DNA of 44,293 bases, taken from Candidatus Parcubacteria bacterium (lineage in GTDB: Bacteria > Patescibacteriota > Minisyncoccia > Phycocordibacterales > UBA5272). Positions within the stretch are counted from its first letter, which is position 1. Every line of letters begins with the position of its first letter. The DNA lies in assembly GCA_039805745.1 (NCBI GenBank), contig JBDLTQ010000036.1:1-44293 (forward strand). Reading direction: 5' to 3'. The translations under genes were made by a program, and so were the position numbers. Below, piece by piece: positions 20,516 to 30,608 of this stretch. Below the pieces are notes generated by a model, which did not search any database, was not told the origin of the DNA, and saw only the letters and a list, made by a program, of their open reading frames with translations.

Positions 20516-21946
20516 CTAAAACAACCCATCACCCTTCTCACCCCATCTCTTCATATATTCCTTCATATCTCCCCTTTTCTTCACCCCGCTTTCTGCCATG
20601 TAGCGTACAGTGCCGAAGACAAGCCTTCCAAACCACGGCCTATCATGCAGTCCTCCGATACTCCACGCGCACCCTACAAAACCATTAGGGTCACGACCGT
20701 CGAGTTCATAGATATCGTTTAAACACACCGCTATACGCATCGCTTCTTCTGGAGACTTCGTCCATTCAAGTATCTTCTTCGCCCAATACATACGCATGTA
20801 ACCATGCATCTTGCCAGTCTCTACCATCTGTCTCTGTGCGCTATTCCAGAGGTCATCATGAGTCTCTGCTTGTTCAAACTGTTCTTGTGAGTAGATGTAC
20901 TCACGCACGTCACTACTTGCCTTCACAAGAGTGACTTTCGCCCATGATGGAAACCCTGCAAATGAATCATACTTTTCATTATAAAAACAAAAGTTCTCCG
21001 CAAGCTCTGCCCGCACTACACACTCTTCTATAAACGATGCCACACTACCCATCTGACCATTAGAACCATTCGCCACATCATCGAACGCTTCCTCTACGCG
21101 AAGGTGTTTCTTTTCTAACAGTGTTCGTATAATGGTACGCCTTGAAACATTTCCATGTGTGATATATGGTGAGAGATTACTCTGACCATCTTTTGTAAAA
21201 TCATTACGATCAGTATCATATCGTGTGAGCTTCTCATCCAAAAACTGCTCGAGCACTTCATGTGCACCCTTTTCTCCTGGAGTAAACATTCCTACCCCCA
21301 TCACCTCTTCATTACATCTGATGTTGCTTTTTATTTCATTCCAATCAATTGGTGCAAGGGTTTTGAGAAGGCCTTGATTCGCGTCATGTACACAAAGCTT
21401 TCCGTGAGATTCGAGAAACTGGGGGAGTTTCTTGTGAATCTTGCTTCGTATAGTGCGCGCAGAAAACTCTTGCTTCGGCGATGTCTCCCACACTGGCACA
21501 CAGTTATGTGTATCTACTTCATAGAGGGGTGTAGTGTTATGTTTCAAAAATACTTCTTTCCACTTTCGCATAAAGCGTAGCGGTAGCTGATCAATAACCA
21601 CAGCACCAATATGAGATGATACAGTTTGGAATGTTCTCTGTGTATCAAAAAGTTTCTCGTGTTCAAAGGTGATGACAAGGGGTATGTTATGTACTCGCAA
21701 CACCTCCTCCACTTCCTGAAGTGATGGGAGCACCCAATCATAAAAACGCCTTGTTGCTCCTTCCCACACATAGTTCCATATGACATAGTTCACGATAAGC
21801 TGTGCTCCACGCTTCTGTGCAAGTTCTTGTGCGAAAAGGAGCGCATCATTATCCTGTGCACGAACATCACGACACATCTGATAGACGACTGTACCACTTG
21901 AATATGTATTCTTTGAAAGCTGTCTGACACGAAGAGGATTTACCAT
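20516..21946 (-). CDS. phrB: Class II CPD photolyase
   Basis: RDVRAQDNDAL, SNLSPY, VRAELAENFCFYN, GKMHGYMRMYWAKKILEW, DGRDPNG, HDRPW. Confidence 0.95.
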   Translation of the reverse strand: MVNPLRVRQLSKNTYSSGTVVYQMCRDVRAQDNDALLFAQELAQKRGAQLIVNYVIWNYVWEGATRRFYDWVLPSLQEVEEVLRVHNIPLVITFEHEKLFDTQRTFQTVSSHIGAVVIDQLPLRFMRKWKEVFLKHNTTPLYEVDTHNCVPVWETSPKQEFSARTIRSKIHKKLPQFLESHGKLCVHDANQGLLKTLAPIDWNEIKSNIRCNEEVMGVGMFTPGEKGAHEVLEQFLDEKLTRYDTDRNDFTKDGQSNLSPYITHGNVSRRTIIRTLLEKKHLRVEEAFDDVANGSNGQMGSVASFIEECVVRAELAENFCFYNEKYDSFAGFPSWAKVTLVKASSDVREYIYSQEQFEQAETHDDLWNSAQRQMVETGKMHGYMRMYWAKKILEWTKSPEEAMRIAVCLNDIYELDGRDPNGFVGCAWSIGGLHDRPWFGRLVFGTVRYMAESGVKKRGDMKEYMKRWGEKGDGLF

Positions 21947-21982
21947 GAGGGTAGTATATAGATATACAAAGAAGAAGACAAA

Positions 21983-22013
21983 GGTGGGGTGAAGCCGAGG
22001 GCTTCACCCCACC
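21983..22013. repeat. GC-rich perfect hairpin between ftsI and the photolyase gene
   Basis: GGTGGGGTGAAGCC-GAG-GGCTTCACCCCACC, 14-bp stem; followed by UUUGUCUUCUUCUUU on the minus strand, so it may terminate ftsI. Confidence 0.75.
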
Positions 22014-22063
22014 AAATCTCCGTCTACACTCCATGCTCTATATCCTCATCTCTACACTCAACT

Positions 22064-23812
22064 CTATCTATCCGGTGGCACCTCATAATAACTGATCAAA
22101 AACTTTACCAGTTTAAAGAATGGGTCAGTAAGCGTCGCTGATGCATACTCTGCCCCTTTTGGATGTGTATGAAAGAGAAAGATGATATATTTTGGATCAT
22201 ATGCTGGAAAGTATCCAAAGAACGAATGAAGATATCTATCATCATAGTACCCACCGCCTGGTTTTACCATCTGTGCTGTTCCTGTTTTTGCTGCTATAGA
22301 ATAATGATCCATCTTGTACTCACCATTCTTAAGCGCTGTGTCTACCACATGTACGAGCATGCGAGAGATGGTTTCACTTGTCTTTTGAGTAATAACTTGC
22401 TCACTATCATTCATTGCGATTTTTTTTACCTCACCATTTTGATAGATAATACTATCAACGATATATGGAGAAACAAGCTTCCCTCCATTACCTAAAAGAG
22501 CAAGAGCTCGTATTGTCTGAATAGGTGTAATAGCAATACCTTGCCCGAAGCCAGCTGTAGCATTATCAACAAGAACATTACTTTTTATATTTTTTGTAAG
22601 ACCACTCGCTTCTCCTGGCACATCTATCCCCGTCTCACTTCCTATACCAAATTTTTCAAAATACATTTGAAATTTTTTTACACCAAGCTGTTCTACCAAA
22701 AATACAATACCAACATTAAGTGACTTATCAAGAATAGTTTGCATTGTTGTACCGACACCACGTGGCTTACCATCAAAGTTACGAACCTTGTAACCATTCA
22801 AATCACGGAACCCTGTATCGTTATATGTAGTATTCTCATTCACAACACCGGCATCAAGCGCGGCTGCTACTGTGAGAGGTTTTATAATACTTCCCATCTC
22901 ATACACACCGGAGACATTTTGGTTTGAGTACATACTTGCATCTTTTACTTGCGCAAAATTATTAGGATCATACCCAGGAAGAGCTTCCATTGCGATAATC
23001 CTTCCTGTTTGAGGGTCCATAACAATACCTCCGATACTATCTGACTGCCAAGCTTCTTTAGTTTCTTCGAGGGTGGCATGGAGGGCACGAGCAACTTCAG
23101 CATCAATAGTAAGGACGACATCCCCTTCTTGGGTTTCTCTATTAGAAACAGCAGTTTTTTCAATATCAGCGAAAAGTTCAGCGAAGAAATTTATAGCAAT
23201 ATTATTAGTAGAACGAGACAAGATATCATCATAATATCGCTCTAATCCATACTGTCCTCGGACAACCACACCATCACTTCCAACAAATCCAAGCACTTTA
23301 GCGCCAACATTCTCTTGAGGGTATGAACGTTTATTATCTTTTACAAATGTAATGCCTTTTATTTTCTTTGCTTTTATTTGATTAACCTGCTCTTGAGATA
23401 TATCTTTTGCAATTTCTTCATATGGATCATTTTCTTTTCCTGCCTTTAACATAAAATCTGCTCTGGAAAGAGAAATGATGCTTGATAGTTTTTCATAAAG
23501 CACTTCTTTATTAGTGATTTGATTTGGACTTATAGCAATACGATATGTTGTCCGTAATTGAGCAGCAGGAACAAGTGAACCTTTATAACGAGAGAAAAAA
23601 ATACTCCCACGATCAAAATTAGAAGGTGCTTGTGATACATACTGCCGATCAGCGATTGCTGTATAATGCTCATGCCTTATCACTTGAACATAAAATGCAC
23701 GCGACAGAATAACGAGAAGCACTAAAAACCATCCTAAAAGGACAAAATCGATCCTATTTCTGGAACGATTTTCTTGATCATCTTTATATGATGAAGGTTT
23801 CTTAGTGTGCAT
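22064..23812 (-). CDS. ftsI: Class B penicillin-binding protein, division type (FtsI-like)
   Basis: TM anchor, RGSIF, RSYPQ, GLE; SxxK (GSIIK), SxN (SLN), KTGTAQ; follows mraZ-rsmH-ftsL. Confidence 0.88.
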   Translation of the reverse strand: MHTKKPSSYKDDQENRSRNRIDFVLLGWFLVLLVILSRAFYVQVIRHEHYTAIADRQYVSQAPSNFDRGSIFFSRYKGSLVPAAQLRTTYRIAISPNQITNKEVLYEKLSSIISLSRADFMLKAGKENDPYEEIAKDISQEQVNQIKAKKIKGITFVKDNKRSYPQENVGAKVLGFVGSDGVVVRGQYGLERYYDDILSRSTNNIAINFFAELFADIEKTAVSNRETQEGDVVLTIDAEVARALHATLEETKEAWQSDSIGGIVMDPQTGRIIAMEALPGYDPNNFAQVKDASMYSNQNVSGVYEMGSIIKPLTVAAALDAGVVNENTTYNDTGFRDLNGYKVRNFDGKPRGVGTTMQTILDKSLNVGIVFLVEQLGVKKFQMYFEKFGIGSETGIDVPGEASGLTKNIKSNVLVDNATAGFGQGIAITPIQTIRALALLGNGGKLVSPYIVDSIIYQNGEVKKIAMNDSEQVITQKTSETISRMLVHVVDTALKNGEYKMDHYSIAAKTGTAQMVKPGGGYYDDRYLHSFFGYFPAYDPKYIIFLFHTHPKGAEYASATLTDPFFKLVKFLISYYEVPPDR

Positions 23813-24119
23813 ACAGCACAGTATAACTTGCTATAGCATCTTTACGAACAGTAAACGTTGTATCATCAATACGAGAAAAATGAGTCTTTGTGAGATCTTC
23901 GTTAGAAATAGAAGAAACAATGGAAGCGTACTCTCCTTCAAGAACACTGAACTCAGAAGATAGATCACGAACAGCTACCATGTTTTCTTTACGCTCAATG
24001 ACAGAAAAAACAAGAGAGAGTAGCACAACAACGTACAGCGTAGCCAAAACAACAAGTGTCCCGAGCATGGTGTGAACAATTTTTTCTTGAAGTGTTACTG
24101 GTGAATATTTTTGAAACAT
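23802..24119 (-). CDS. ftsL: FtsL-like bitopic membrane protein
   Basis: 105 aa, single TM then short coiled coil; between rsmH and the class B PBP. Assignment rests mainly on synteny. Confidence 0.55.
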   Translation of the reverse strand: MFQKYSPVTLQEKIVHTMLGTLVVLATLYVVVLLSLVFSVIERKENMVAVRDLSSEFSVLEGEYASIVSSISNEDLTKTHFSRIDDTTFTVRKDAIASYTVLYAH

Positions 24120-24149
24120 AAATGTTGTTGTACTTATTTTTTTTAATTT

Positions 24150-25040
24150 TTAAATTCTCTCTACGATACGAAGCTGAGCACTGCGGGCACGGTTATTATT
24201 ATCTAACTCTTCTTTTTGTGGGATAATTGGTTTTTTTGTAATGATACGAAGGGTATCGTTATGATGTTTAAAACCATTTTTTACCACTCTATCCTCTGTG
24301 CTATGAAAAGTAATCACACAGGCACGGCCATTTGATGCAAGAACATGTGGTAGAGCTTCAAGCAGATCACTGATACCTCCAAGTTCGTCATTAACTGCCA
24401 TGCGCAATGCTTGAAATGTTTTGGTAGCATAATGTGTCTTGCGATGCTGATAGAGAGAAGGAACTGCGCGCCTGATTATCTCTACGAGTTCAAATGTTGT
24501 AGAGATAGGCTTCTCTTCACGAGAAGTAATAATCGCTCGCGCAATGCGTCTCGAGTATCGTTCATCTGCAAAACCATACAATACATCAGCAATAGTTGAT
24601 TCACTCCAGAAATTAACGATGTCGTACGCGGTCGTAACATCTTCTTCTGGCTTTGCGGAAAATGTCATAAGAAGTGGTTCATCTTTGCTAAAAGAAAACC
24701 CTCTCCCTGATTCATCAAGCTCTTGAGATGACAATCCGAGATCTGCAAGTATTCCATCTACATGAGTAATTTTAAGATCTTTGAGTATCGAAGTGAGATA
24801 ACGATAATTGGAACAAATAAAGTGAATTTTTGGAGAATGTTTTATGTTCTCCATATTGGTTCTAGCTTCAGCAAGAGCTTCTTGATCGAGATCGATACAA
24901 ATAAGTGTGCCTTGTTCCCCTATCTTCTTGGCGATTTCAATACTATGACCTCCGCGATTGGTTGTGCAATCAACATAGACACCACCTTCTTTAATAGCAA
25001 GGCCGTCTAAAGATTCTTGTAAAAGTACTGGGATATGCAT
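24150..25040 (-). CDS. rsmH: 16S rRNA m4C1402 methyltransferase
   Basis: HIPVLL start, DLGLSSQELD, RGFSF, ATKTFQALRMAVNDEL, ITFHSTEDR, RARSAQLR. Confidence 0.97.
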   Translation of the reverse strand: MHIPVLLQESLDGLAIKEGGVYVDCTTNRGGHSIEIAKKIGEQGTLICIDLDQEALAEARTNMENIKHSPKIHFICSNYRYLTSILKDLKITHVDGILADLGLSSQELDESGRGFSFSKDEPLLMTFSAKPEEDVTTAYDIVNFWSESTIADVLYGFADERYSRRIARAIITSREEKPISTTFELVEIIRRAVPSLYQHRKTHYATKTFQALRMAVNDELGGISDLLEALPHVLASNGRACVITFHSTEDRVVKNGFKHHNDTLRIITKKPIIPQKEELDNNNRARSAQLRIVERI

Positions 25041-25053
25041 AGAAAAGTAAAAC

Positions 25054-25488
25054 CTAGATAACACCGAGATCACTTAATTTAGAAGCAAGAGCGTCTGCTT
25101 CACCGTTAACCTTTGCCATATTAGTATTCCATGTAGTCTCATTCCAAAGTTCAACACGAGAATACATACCAGCTAGAACAACTTTCCCTTCTAGATGAGC
25201 AAAATCTTTAAGTGAATCCTGTATAACAATACGTCCAGCAGCATCAACATCAACTTCATATGCATTTGCAAGCATAAATCGATTGAAACTACGGCTGTCT
25301 ATGTTGCCAAACCCTCCTTGTGAAAGTTTTTGCGCAACATTCTCCCATTCTTTAATTGGAAAAATAAATAAAGAATTATCAAGACCGCTTGTTATAACAA
25401 CTTTTTTTCCAAGATCCGCACGCCACTTTGATGGAAGTGTGATGCGTTTCTTTGGATCTAAATCATGTGTGTACTTTCCGATAAGCAT
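25054..25488 (-). CDS. mraZ: Division/cell-wall cluster transcriptional regulator MraZ
   Basis: MLIGKYTHDLDPKKRITLPSKWR, DAAGRI, RVELW; start at ATG 25488. Confidence 0.96.
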   Translation of the reverse strand: MLIGKYTHDLDPKKRITLPSKWRADLGKKVVITSGLDNSLFIFPIKEWENVAQKLSQGGFGNIDSRSFNRFMLANAYEVDVDAAGRIVIQDSLKDFAHLEGKVVLAGMYSRVELWNETTWNTNMAKVNGEADALASKLSDLGVI

Positions 25489-25507
25489 ATCTGTATGTGA
25501 AGCAAAT

Positions 25508-25547
25508 CTCCCACTTCGCCCCACTTGCTCCCATTATACCCCACTTT
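25508..25547 (-). promoter_or_regulatory. MraZ operator: four direct repeats with 10-nt period
   Basis: Minus strand AAAGTGGGGT ATAATGGGAG CAAGTGGGGC GAAGTGGGAG; matches known (A/G)TGGG MraZ boxes upstream of mraZ. Confidence 0.85.
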
Positions 25548-25668
25548 AAGAGAAAAAGTAGTAAAAAGTGTGGATATCTGATATGACTCCTCCAGATACA
25601 ACAATGCTTACTAGATGTAATAAAAACCACATACGAAAAACAACATAAAAAGGTAACATCACGCAACA

Positions 25669-25702
25669 AAAAAACACAGGACATGTATATTCCTGTGTTT
25701 TT
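25669..25702 (-). terminator. Terminator-like hairpin after lysS
   Basis: AAAAACACAGGA...TCCTGTGTTTTT inverted repeat. Confidence 0.6.
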
Positions 25703-25740
25703 ATTTTATTTTAAAAACTCTCTTGAAGACTTCTTTGTTA

Positions 25741-27234
25741 TTAGACACCACGAGCAGACTCCTTCTCATTCTTTGTCTCTTCTTTTTTAGGTTTTACAAG
25801 AGGAAATGTGTGCACTTCACGTATAGGCTTATCAGAAAGAAATGCAAATAATCGTTCACCAAAACCAAAACCACACGTTGGCGGCATGCCGTGTTCAAGC
25901 ATTTCAAGAAAACTCTCATCCATCATCATTGCCTCATCATCACCTTCAGAGAGAAGTTCTTGCTGTTTTTCAAAACGAGCACGCTGATCAAGTGGATCAT
26001 TTAGCTCACTATACCCTTTACCTATCTCGCTTCCTGCGATAATAGGTTGGAATATCTGTGCAGTTACGCCATCTGGATTTGCTTTTGCAAGTGGAGCGAC
26101 GAGTAATGGATGATTCACAAGAAATGCAGGACCAGAAATATTTTTTCTACAATACTTCCACAAAGTGTCGATAAGTCGCTCTCTGTTATTACCATCGAAA
26201 GCAACGCCGAGTTCTGCAAGTTTTGCAACAATCTCTTCATCTGTAGCAAGAGTAATATCTATCTCAGTCTGCTTTAAGACTTCCTCTCTATAATCAATTC
26301 TCTCCCAAGTGCCATTCAGATCAAAAGTATGCCCCCTTGTGGTAAAAGACGTGGTACCGAACACTTCTTGTGCTATTTTTCGATACAGCTCCTCGACAAG
26401 AGCCATACCATCTTTAAAATCAGAATACGCCATATAAAACTCACAGTTGGTAAACTCTTGCACATGTTCAGGTGATGAACCTTCATTACGATATACTCGA
26501 CCAATTTCAAACGTGCGAGAATATCCAGCCGCCATAAGACGCTTCTGCCATAATTCACCAACAGAGATACGCATAAAGACATCTAAATCAAAATCATGAT
26601 GATATGTCGCAAATGGTCGAGCTTCTGCTCCACCTGTTGTGACTTCGATTGTAGGAGTTTCTACTTCTAAAAAACCTTTTTCTTTTAAGAAACTTCTCAC
26701 AACATCCCAGAATGCAGCTTTTTTAATAAAAATATCATGAAGCTCTTGATTAGTGAGAATATCTAGATATCGCTCACGCATACGAAGTTCTTCATCTTGT
26801 AGTCCGTGATACTTATCAGGAAGAGGAAGAAGTGCTTTTGAGAGTATAGACAAGTTTTTAGCAAGAATACTTTGCTGTCCAGATTTTGTTGTAAAAGCAA
26901 CACCAGTTACTTCAATAAAATCACCGACATCAACATACTCACGATAGAACTGCATCACATCCTCTCCAGACTCAGGAAGTTTTATCACAACTTGCATTCT
27001 CGCTGAACCATCATATACATCAATAAAAGCTATGGCCCCCTGACCGCGAGATGTCATCACGCGACCATTTATTATGAAAGGTGTTTCTCCTTCTTCTAAA
27101 GAAGAAAAAGTACTCAACACACGAGCAAGCTCATGGGAACGAGAAGAAACACTTGGATAACCTGACTGTCCTGCATGACGCAATTGTTCTAATTTTTTAA
27201 GTCGAGACTCACGAAGTTCTGATAATGATGCCAT
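25741..27234 (-). CDS. lysS: Lysine--tRNA ligase (class II)
   Basis: PLPDKYHGL, RERYLD, GGAEARPF, GRVYRNEG, YSELNDP, HGMPPTCGFGFG; start at MASLSELR (27234). Confidence 0.97.
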   Translation of the reverse strand: MASLSELRESRLKKLEQLRHAGQSGYPSVSSRSHELARVLSTFSSLEEGETPFIINGRVMTSRGQGAIAFIDVYDGSARMQVVIKLPESGEDVMQFYREYVDVGDFIEVTGVAFTTKSGQQSILAKNLSILSKALLPLPDKYHGLQDEELRMRERYLDILTNQELHDIFIKKAAFWDVVRSFLKEKGFLEVETPTIEVTTGGAEARPFATYHHDFDLDVFMRISVGELWQKRLMAAGYSRTFEIGRVYRNEGSSPEHVQEFTNCEFYMAYSDFKDGMALVEELYRKIAQEVFGTTSFTTRGHTFDLNGTWERIDYREEVLKQTEIDITLATDEEIVAKLAELGVAFDGNNRERLIDTLWKYCRKNISGPAFLVNHPLLVAPLAKANPDGVTAQIFQPIIAGSEIGKGYSELNDPLDQRARFEKQQELLSEGDDEAMMMDESFLEMLEHGMPPTCGFGFGERLFAFLSDKPIREVHTFPLVKPKKEETKNEKESARGV

Positions 27235-27318
27235 GGTTAAATAAAAGCTATAATAAGTATAGAATATGTAGTATACATATAATACTACCAAATCCTCTTA
27301 GTTTCGTCGATTACTATA

Positions 27319-27350
27319 ACAAAAACCTCTTTCTGAAAAGAGGTTTTTGT
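27319..27350 (-). terminator. Terminator-like hairpin after greA
   Basis: ACAAAAACCTCTTT...AAAGAGGTTTTTGT inverted repeat. Confidence 0.65.
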
Positions 27351-27384
27351 AGTTAAAGTTTTATAACTCTTGGTTCTATGACTT

Positions 27385-27840
27385 TTATGCAGTAGAAACA
27401 ATAGTGTATTCAACTTCTCCTTTAGGAGCAGATACAGTAACCTTGTCACCTTTCTTTTTACCAAGGAGTGCCGAACCAAGTGGTGACTCATTAGAAATTT
27501 TACCTTCAAGGCTATTTGCTTCTTCACTACCAACAATAACAAAGGTGCGGTCAGTTTTGTCGCCTTTCTTTTGAACAACAACAGTAGCTCCGACACTCAC
27601 CACGCCAACCTGATGTGTATCAGTAACAACAGCATTTTTTAAAATTTGTTCGATATGAATAATACGATCTTCACAATGTGCTTGATCTTCACGAGCTTGA
27701 TGATACTCTGCATTTTCTGAGAGATCACCAAGAGACTTAGCATACTCAAGAGCGTCTGCAATTTCTTTGCGACGAACAGTTTTTAAATGATTGAGCTCAT
27801 TTTCAAGCTCTACCTTCTTTTCTTTTGTTAGATATTCCAT
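27385..27840 (-). CDS. greA: Transcription elongation factor GreA
   Basis: GDLSENAEY, ISNESPLGSALLGK. Confidence 0.97.
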   Translation of the reverse strand: MEYLTKEKKVELENELNHLKTVRRKEIADALEYAKSLGDLSENAEYHQAREDQAHCEDRIIHIEQILKNAVVTDTHQVGVVSVGATVVVQKKGDKTDRTFVIVGSEEANSLEGKISNESPLGSALLGKKKGDKVTVSAPKGEVEYTIVSTA

Positions 27841-27948
27841 AGTGTGTAATGACGTAATGATACCACAAAAAGCACTCTACTAGAATATTGACATTATCAT
27901 AATATACTGTATTAGATGACCTCTCTTTTAGTCATACATAGAGAACTC

Positions 27949-29682
27949 TTACTTTCCGTAGTCTGTCGTATCCACTATCCACTGTAATGTTTCTTTCATT
28001 ACAAGACCTGCACCAAAGGTATTCCCACGATTTGCTTTTTCCATAACAACGACAAAAGCGTATCGTGGTTTATCTGATGGGAAGTAACCAATCATTAGCG
28101 AGTTGACCCACTGCTTTGCAGTACCGAGCTCTGCTGTTCCAGATTTTCCAGAAACAGCGAGTTCATCAAAACGAAGTGTCTTTGCAGTTCCGTTTTCACT
28201 TGTGACTGCCATACGCATACCTTCTCGTATCACACGTAATTTCTTTTCATCAAGCGAAAGAGGTGTCGAAGAAGTTTCTAGCCTCTTAAGAACATGTGGA
28301 GTAACAAGCTGGCCACCGTTTGCAATAACAGCAACACCTCGAACCAACTCAAGAGGTGTGAGCTGAAAGCCGTACTGACCAATCGATGAATGGTAGGTAT
28401 TACCTAAAAGCCAATCTTCATCAAACACTTTTTTCTTCCATTCAGGTGACGGAATGAGACCATATTCTTCGTCAGGAAGATCTATACCTGTTGTAGTAGC
28501 AAAACCAAACATTCGTGAATACTCACCAATACGTGCAATACCGAGACCTTTCTGATCTTGATACCCTCCTCCTATCTGATAAAAATATTCATCTGAAGAC
28601 TGAGCTATCGCTTGCCACATATTAACATATCCATGAGCTCTCCAGTCTTTAAAAACAGTATCTGAACCTCCGTATTTATTTTTTATAACCAATTTGCCAG
28701 AACTATAAATACTCGCCTCTGGTGTAATAATATTTTCAGCAAGCGCCGCATATGCAAAAAATGGTTTTACTGTCGAACCAGGAGTAAAAAGTCCACTTAC
28801 TGCTCTGTCTAGAAATTTTTTATGCTTATCAGCAAGCTCGTGCGCGACAATACTCTTCTCTTCTTTTGTTGTAGCGTTAGTAATAAGGTTGTTATTGTAT
28901 TCAGGGTAGCTTGTAATAGCAAGAAGCTCTCCGTTATGAACATCCATAATAATACCTGCTCCGCCAATAAATCCAGCCTTCTTAGCTAAATCTTCGATGC
29001 TCTCATAAAGCTTTGTTTGCACCTCTTTATCGATAGAAAGGACAAGGTTCTCTCCGTTGATTGGATAAACAATCATATTTTCAGCTTCTACTTTTTGTAA
29101 AGCCGTAACCTCTATCACACGCTCCCCACGAACACCAGCAAGCTCATTTTGATATTGCTTCTCCACACCATCTTTACCAACATATTCATCTTGCCAAAAA
29201 ATACCACTTTGATCACGCTTAGGATAGCTCACGTACCCAAGGATATGAGAAAATCCTTTTGACTGAGTATAAATACGTTTAGGAATATCATTAGTAGTGG
29301 TACTTGCTTGAGCATCTGTTGTTGTGCCATAAGTCATACTATTCCAAGCAAGAAGCTCTCCGTTCCTATCAGAAATAGTTCCACGTAATGCAAATAATGG
29401 AACCTTACGAAGGTGGTTATTTTCTGCTTTTTCAACATACCCTTCCACGTTAACAACTTGCATTAAAAAAAGTCTATATGAAAAACTAACCACAAGAAAT
29501 ACTACAATACTAAGTGCTGCATAAAACACATGCTTTCCAAGAGGACGCTCTAAGTGCCCTTCCATTTGATCCACATTAAATTGAGAAAGATTTTGAGAGT
29601 CGAGAAAAACGTCCTCTGGATCTATTTCATGAGAAGCTGCTTTTCTAGCGCGACGAGTAGATAAATGGCGAAACACATTCAT
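27949..29682 (-). CDS. mrdA: Class B penicillin-binding protein 2, elongation type
   Basis: RGTISDRNG, GSTVK (SxxK), SSD (SxD as in PBP2), SIGQ, KSGTAE; downstream of mreBC. Confidence 0.9.
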   Translation of the reverse strand: MNVFRHLSTRRARKAASHEIDPEDVFLDSQNLSQFNVDQMEGHLERPLGKHVFYAALSIVVFLVVSFSYRLFLMQVVNVEGYVEKAENNHLRKVPLFALRGTISDRNGELLAWNSMTYGTTTDAQASTTTNDIPKRIYTQSKGFSHILGYVSYPKRDQSGIFWQDEYVGKDGVEKQYQNELAGVRGERVIEVTALQKVEAENMIVYPINGENLVLSIDKEVQTKLYESIEDLAKKAGFIGGAGIIMDVHNGELLAITSYPEYNNNLITNATTKEEKSIVAHELADKHKKFLDRAVSGLFTPGSTVKPFFAYAALAENIITPEASIYSSGKLVIKNKYGGSDTVFKDWRAHGYVNMWQAIAQSSDEYFYQIGGGYQDQKGLGIARIGEYSRMFGFATTTGIDLPDEEYGLIPSPEWKKKVFDEDWLLGNTYHSSIGQYGFQLTPLELVRGVAVIANGGQLVTPHVLKRLETSSTPLSLDEKKLRVIREGMRMAVTSENGTAKTLRFDELAVSGKSGTAELGTAKQWVNSLMIGYFPSDKPRYAFVVVMEKANRGNTFGAGLVMKETLQWIVDTTDYGK

Positions 29683-29810
29683 ATAAAACTACTATACCAC
29701 AAACTAGTATGAGTAAAACTGGGTATCGAGAAGTCCCAAACATAGTATCTATAAAAAAAGAAGATATTACTAAAAACCATGAGATGATATGTATATATGA
29801 CATATATGTT

Positions 29811-30608
29811 TTACTTCTCTTGTTGCTGAACATAGAAGAGTGACGCAGACACTGGATTAAAATCACTTTTAACAAAAATATGCCATGAAGTATCTTGATT
29901 ATTATTAATAATATCAATAACTCTACCTAAAACAAATGACTGATCCTCTCGTAACAGAACTTCTTCACCAAGGGTAATTGGTGCATCTCGAACAACACTA
30001 GCAAGGTAATACCCACCACGACCAGAGAGGGTAAGATTGACAGATGACGACGATGTCACCCCATCAACAGAACTTCCATGTGATGTGTAGGGCACACAAG
30101 AAGATGATTTTGCATACACATCCTTGATACGACACACAATATTTCGACCACGCAAATACACGAGATCTCCGGAAACAATTCCATCTTTAAATCCTTTTGT
30201 AAAAAGAATACTTCCATAAAGAGTAGTATAATCCTCAGCGAGTGACGACATCGTAAGTCTGTGCTGTCTTGTATATGTTGATGTTGCTATATCAGGTGAA
30301 GTATAGGACAGCTCTCTTATGATGCTTTCTTTTTGCTGTACCTCATTTTCTAAAAGCTCAACAGTACGGGTAAGTTCTTCTATCTTAAGAGCAGAAGCTG
30401 TGTGTGATGTGAAGTAGGTATTAATAAAATCAGGAAATATAATAAGACCTCCACCAACTTCAAAAAAACGAACAGTTACAGGTTCAAGTACACGGTATAT
30501 CGTCGGACGAATACTCGGCCAGAAAAAAACAACAAGTCCAAAAATAAGAGTATATACTCCGTAGCGAATTGTGGTTGTATTTCTTTTATTAACGGAACGA
30601 TATGTCAT
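29811..30608 (-). CDS. mreC: Rod shape-determining protein MreC (divergent)
   Basis: N-terminal TM, coiled coil, beta-rich domain with KGFKDGIVSGD; directly follows mreB. Start 30608 or 30620. Confidence 0.8.
   Translation of the reverse strand: MTYRSVNKRNTTTIRYGVYTLIFGLVVFFWPSIRPTIYRVLEPVTVRFFEVGGGLIIFPDFINTYFTSHTASALKIEELTRTVELLENEVQQKESIIRELSYTSPDIATSTYTRQHRLTMSSLAEDYTTLYGSILFTKGFKDGIVSGDLVYLRGRNIVCRIKDVYAKSSSCVPYTSHGSSVDGVTSSSSVNLTLSGRGGYYLASVVRDAPITLGEEVLLREDQSFVLGRVIDIINNNQDTSWHIFVKSDFNPVSASLFYVQQQEK

Noticed and set aside
27285-27596. 103-aa ORF bridging greA and lysS
   Set aside because: Alternate frame of greA that runs through a terminator hairpin
27888-27915. Plus-strand TTGACA suggesting an antisense promoter into mrdA
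   Set aside because: No convincing -10 box at 16-18 nt spacing
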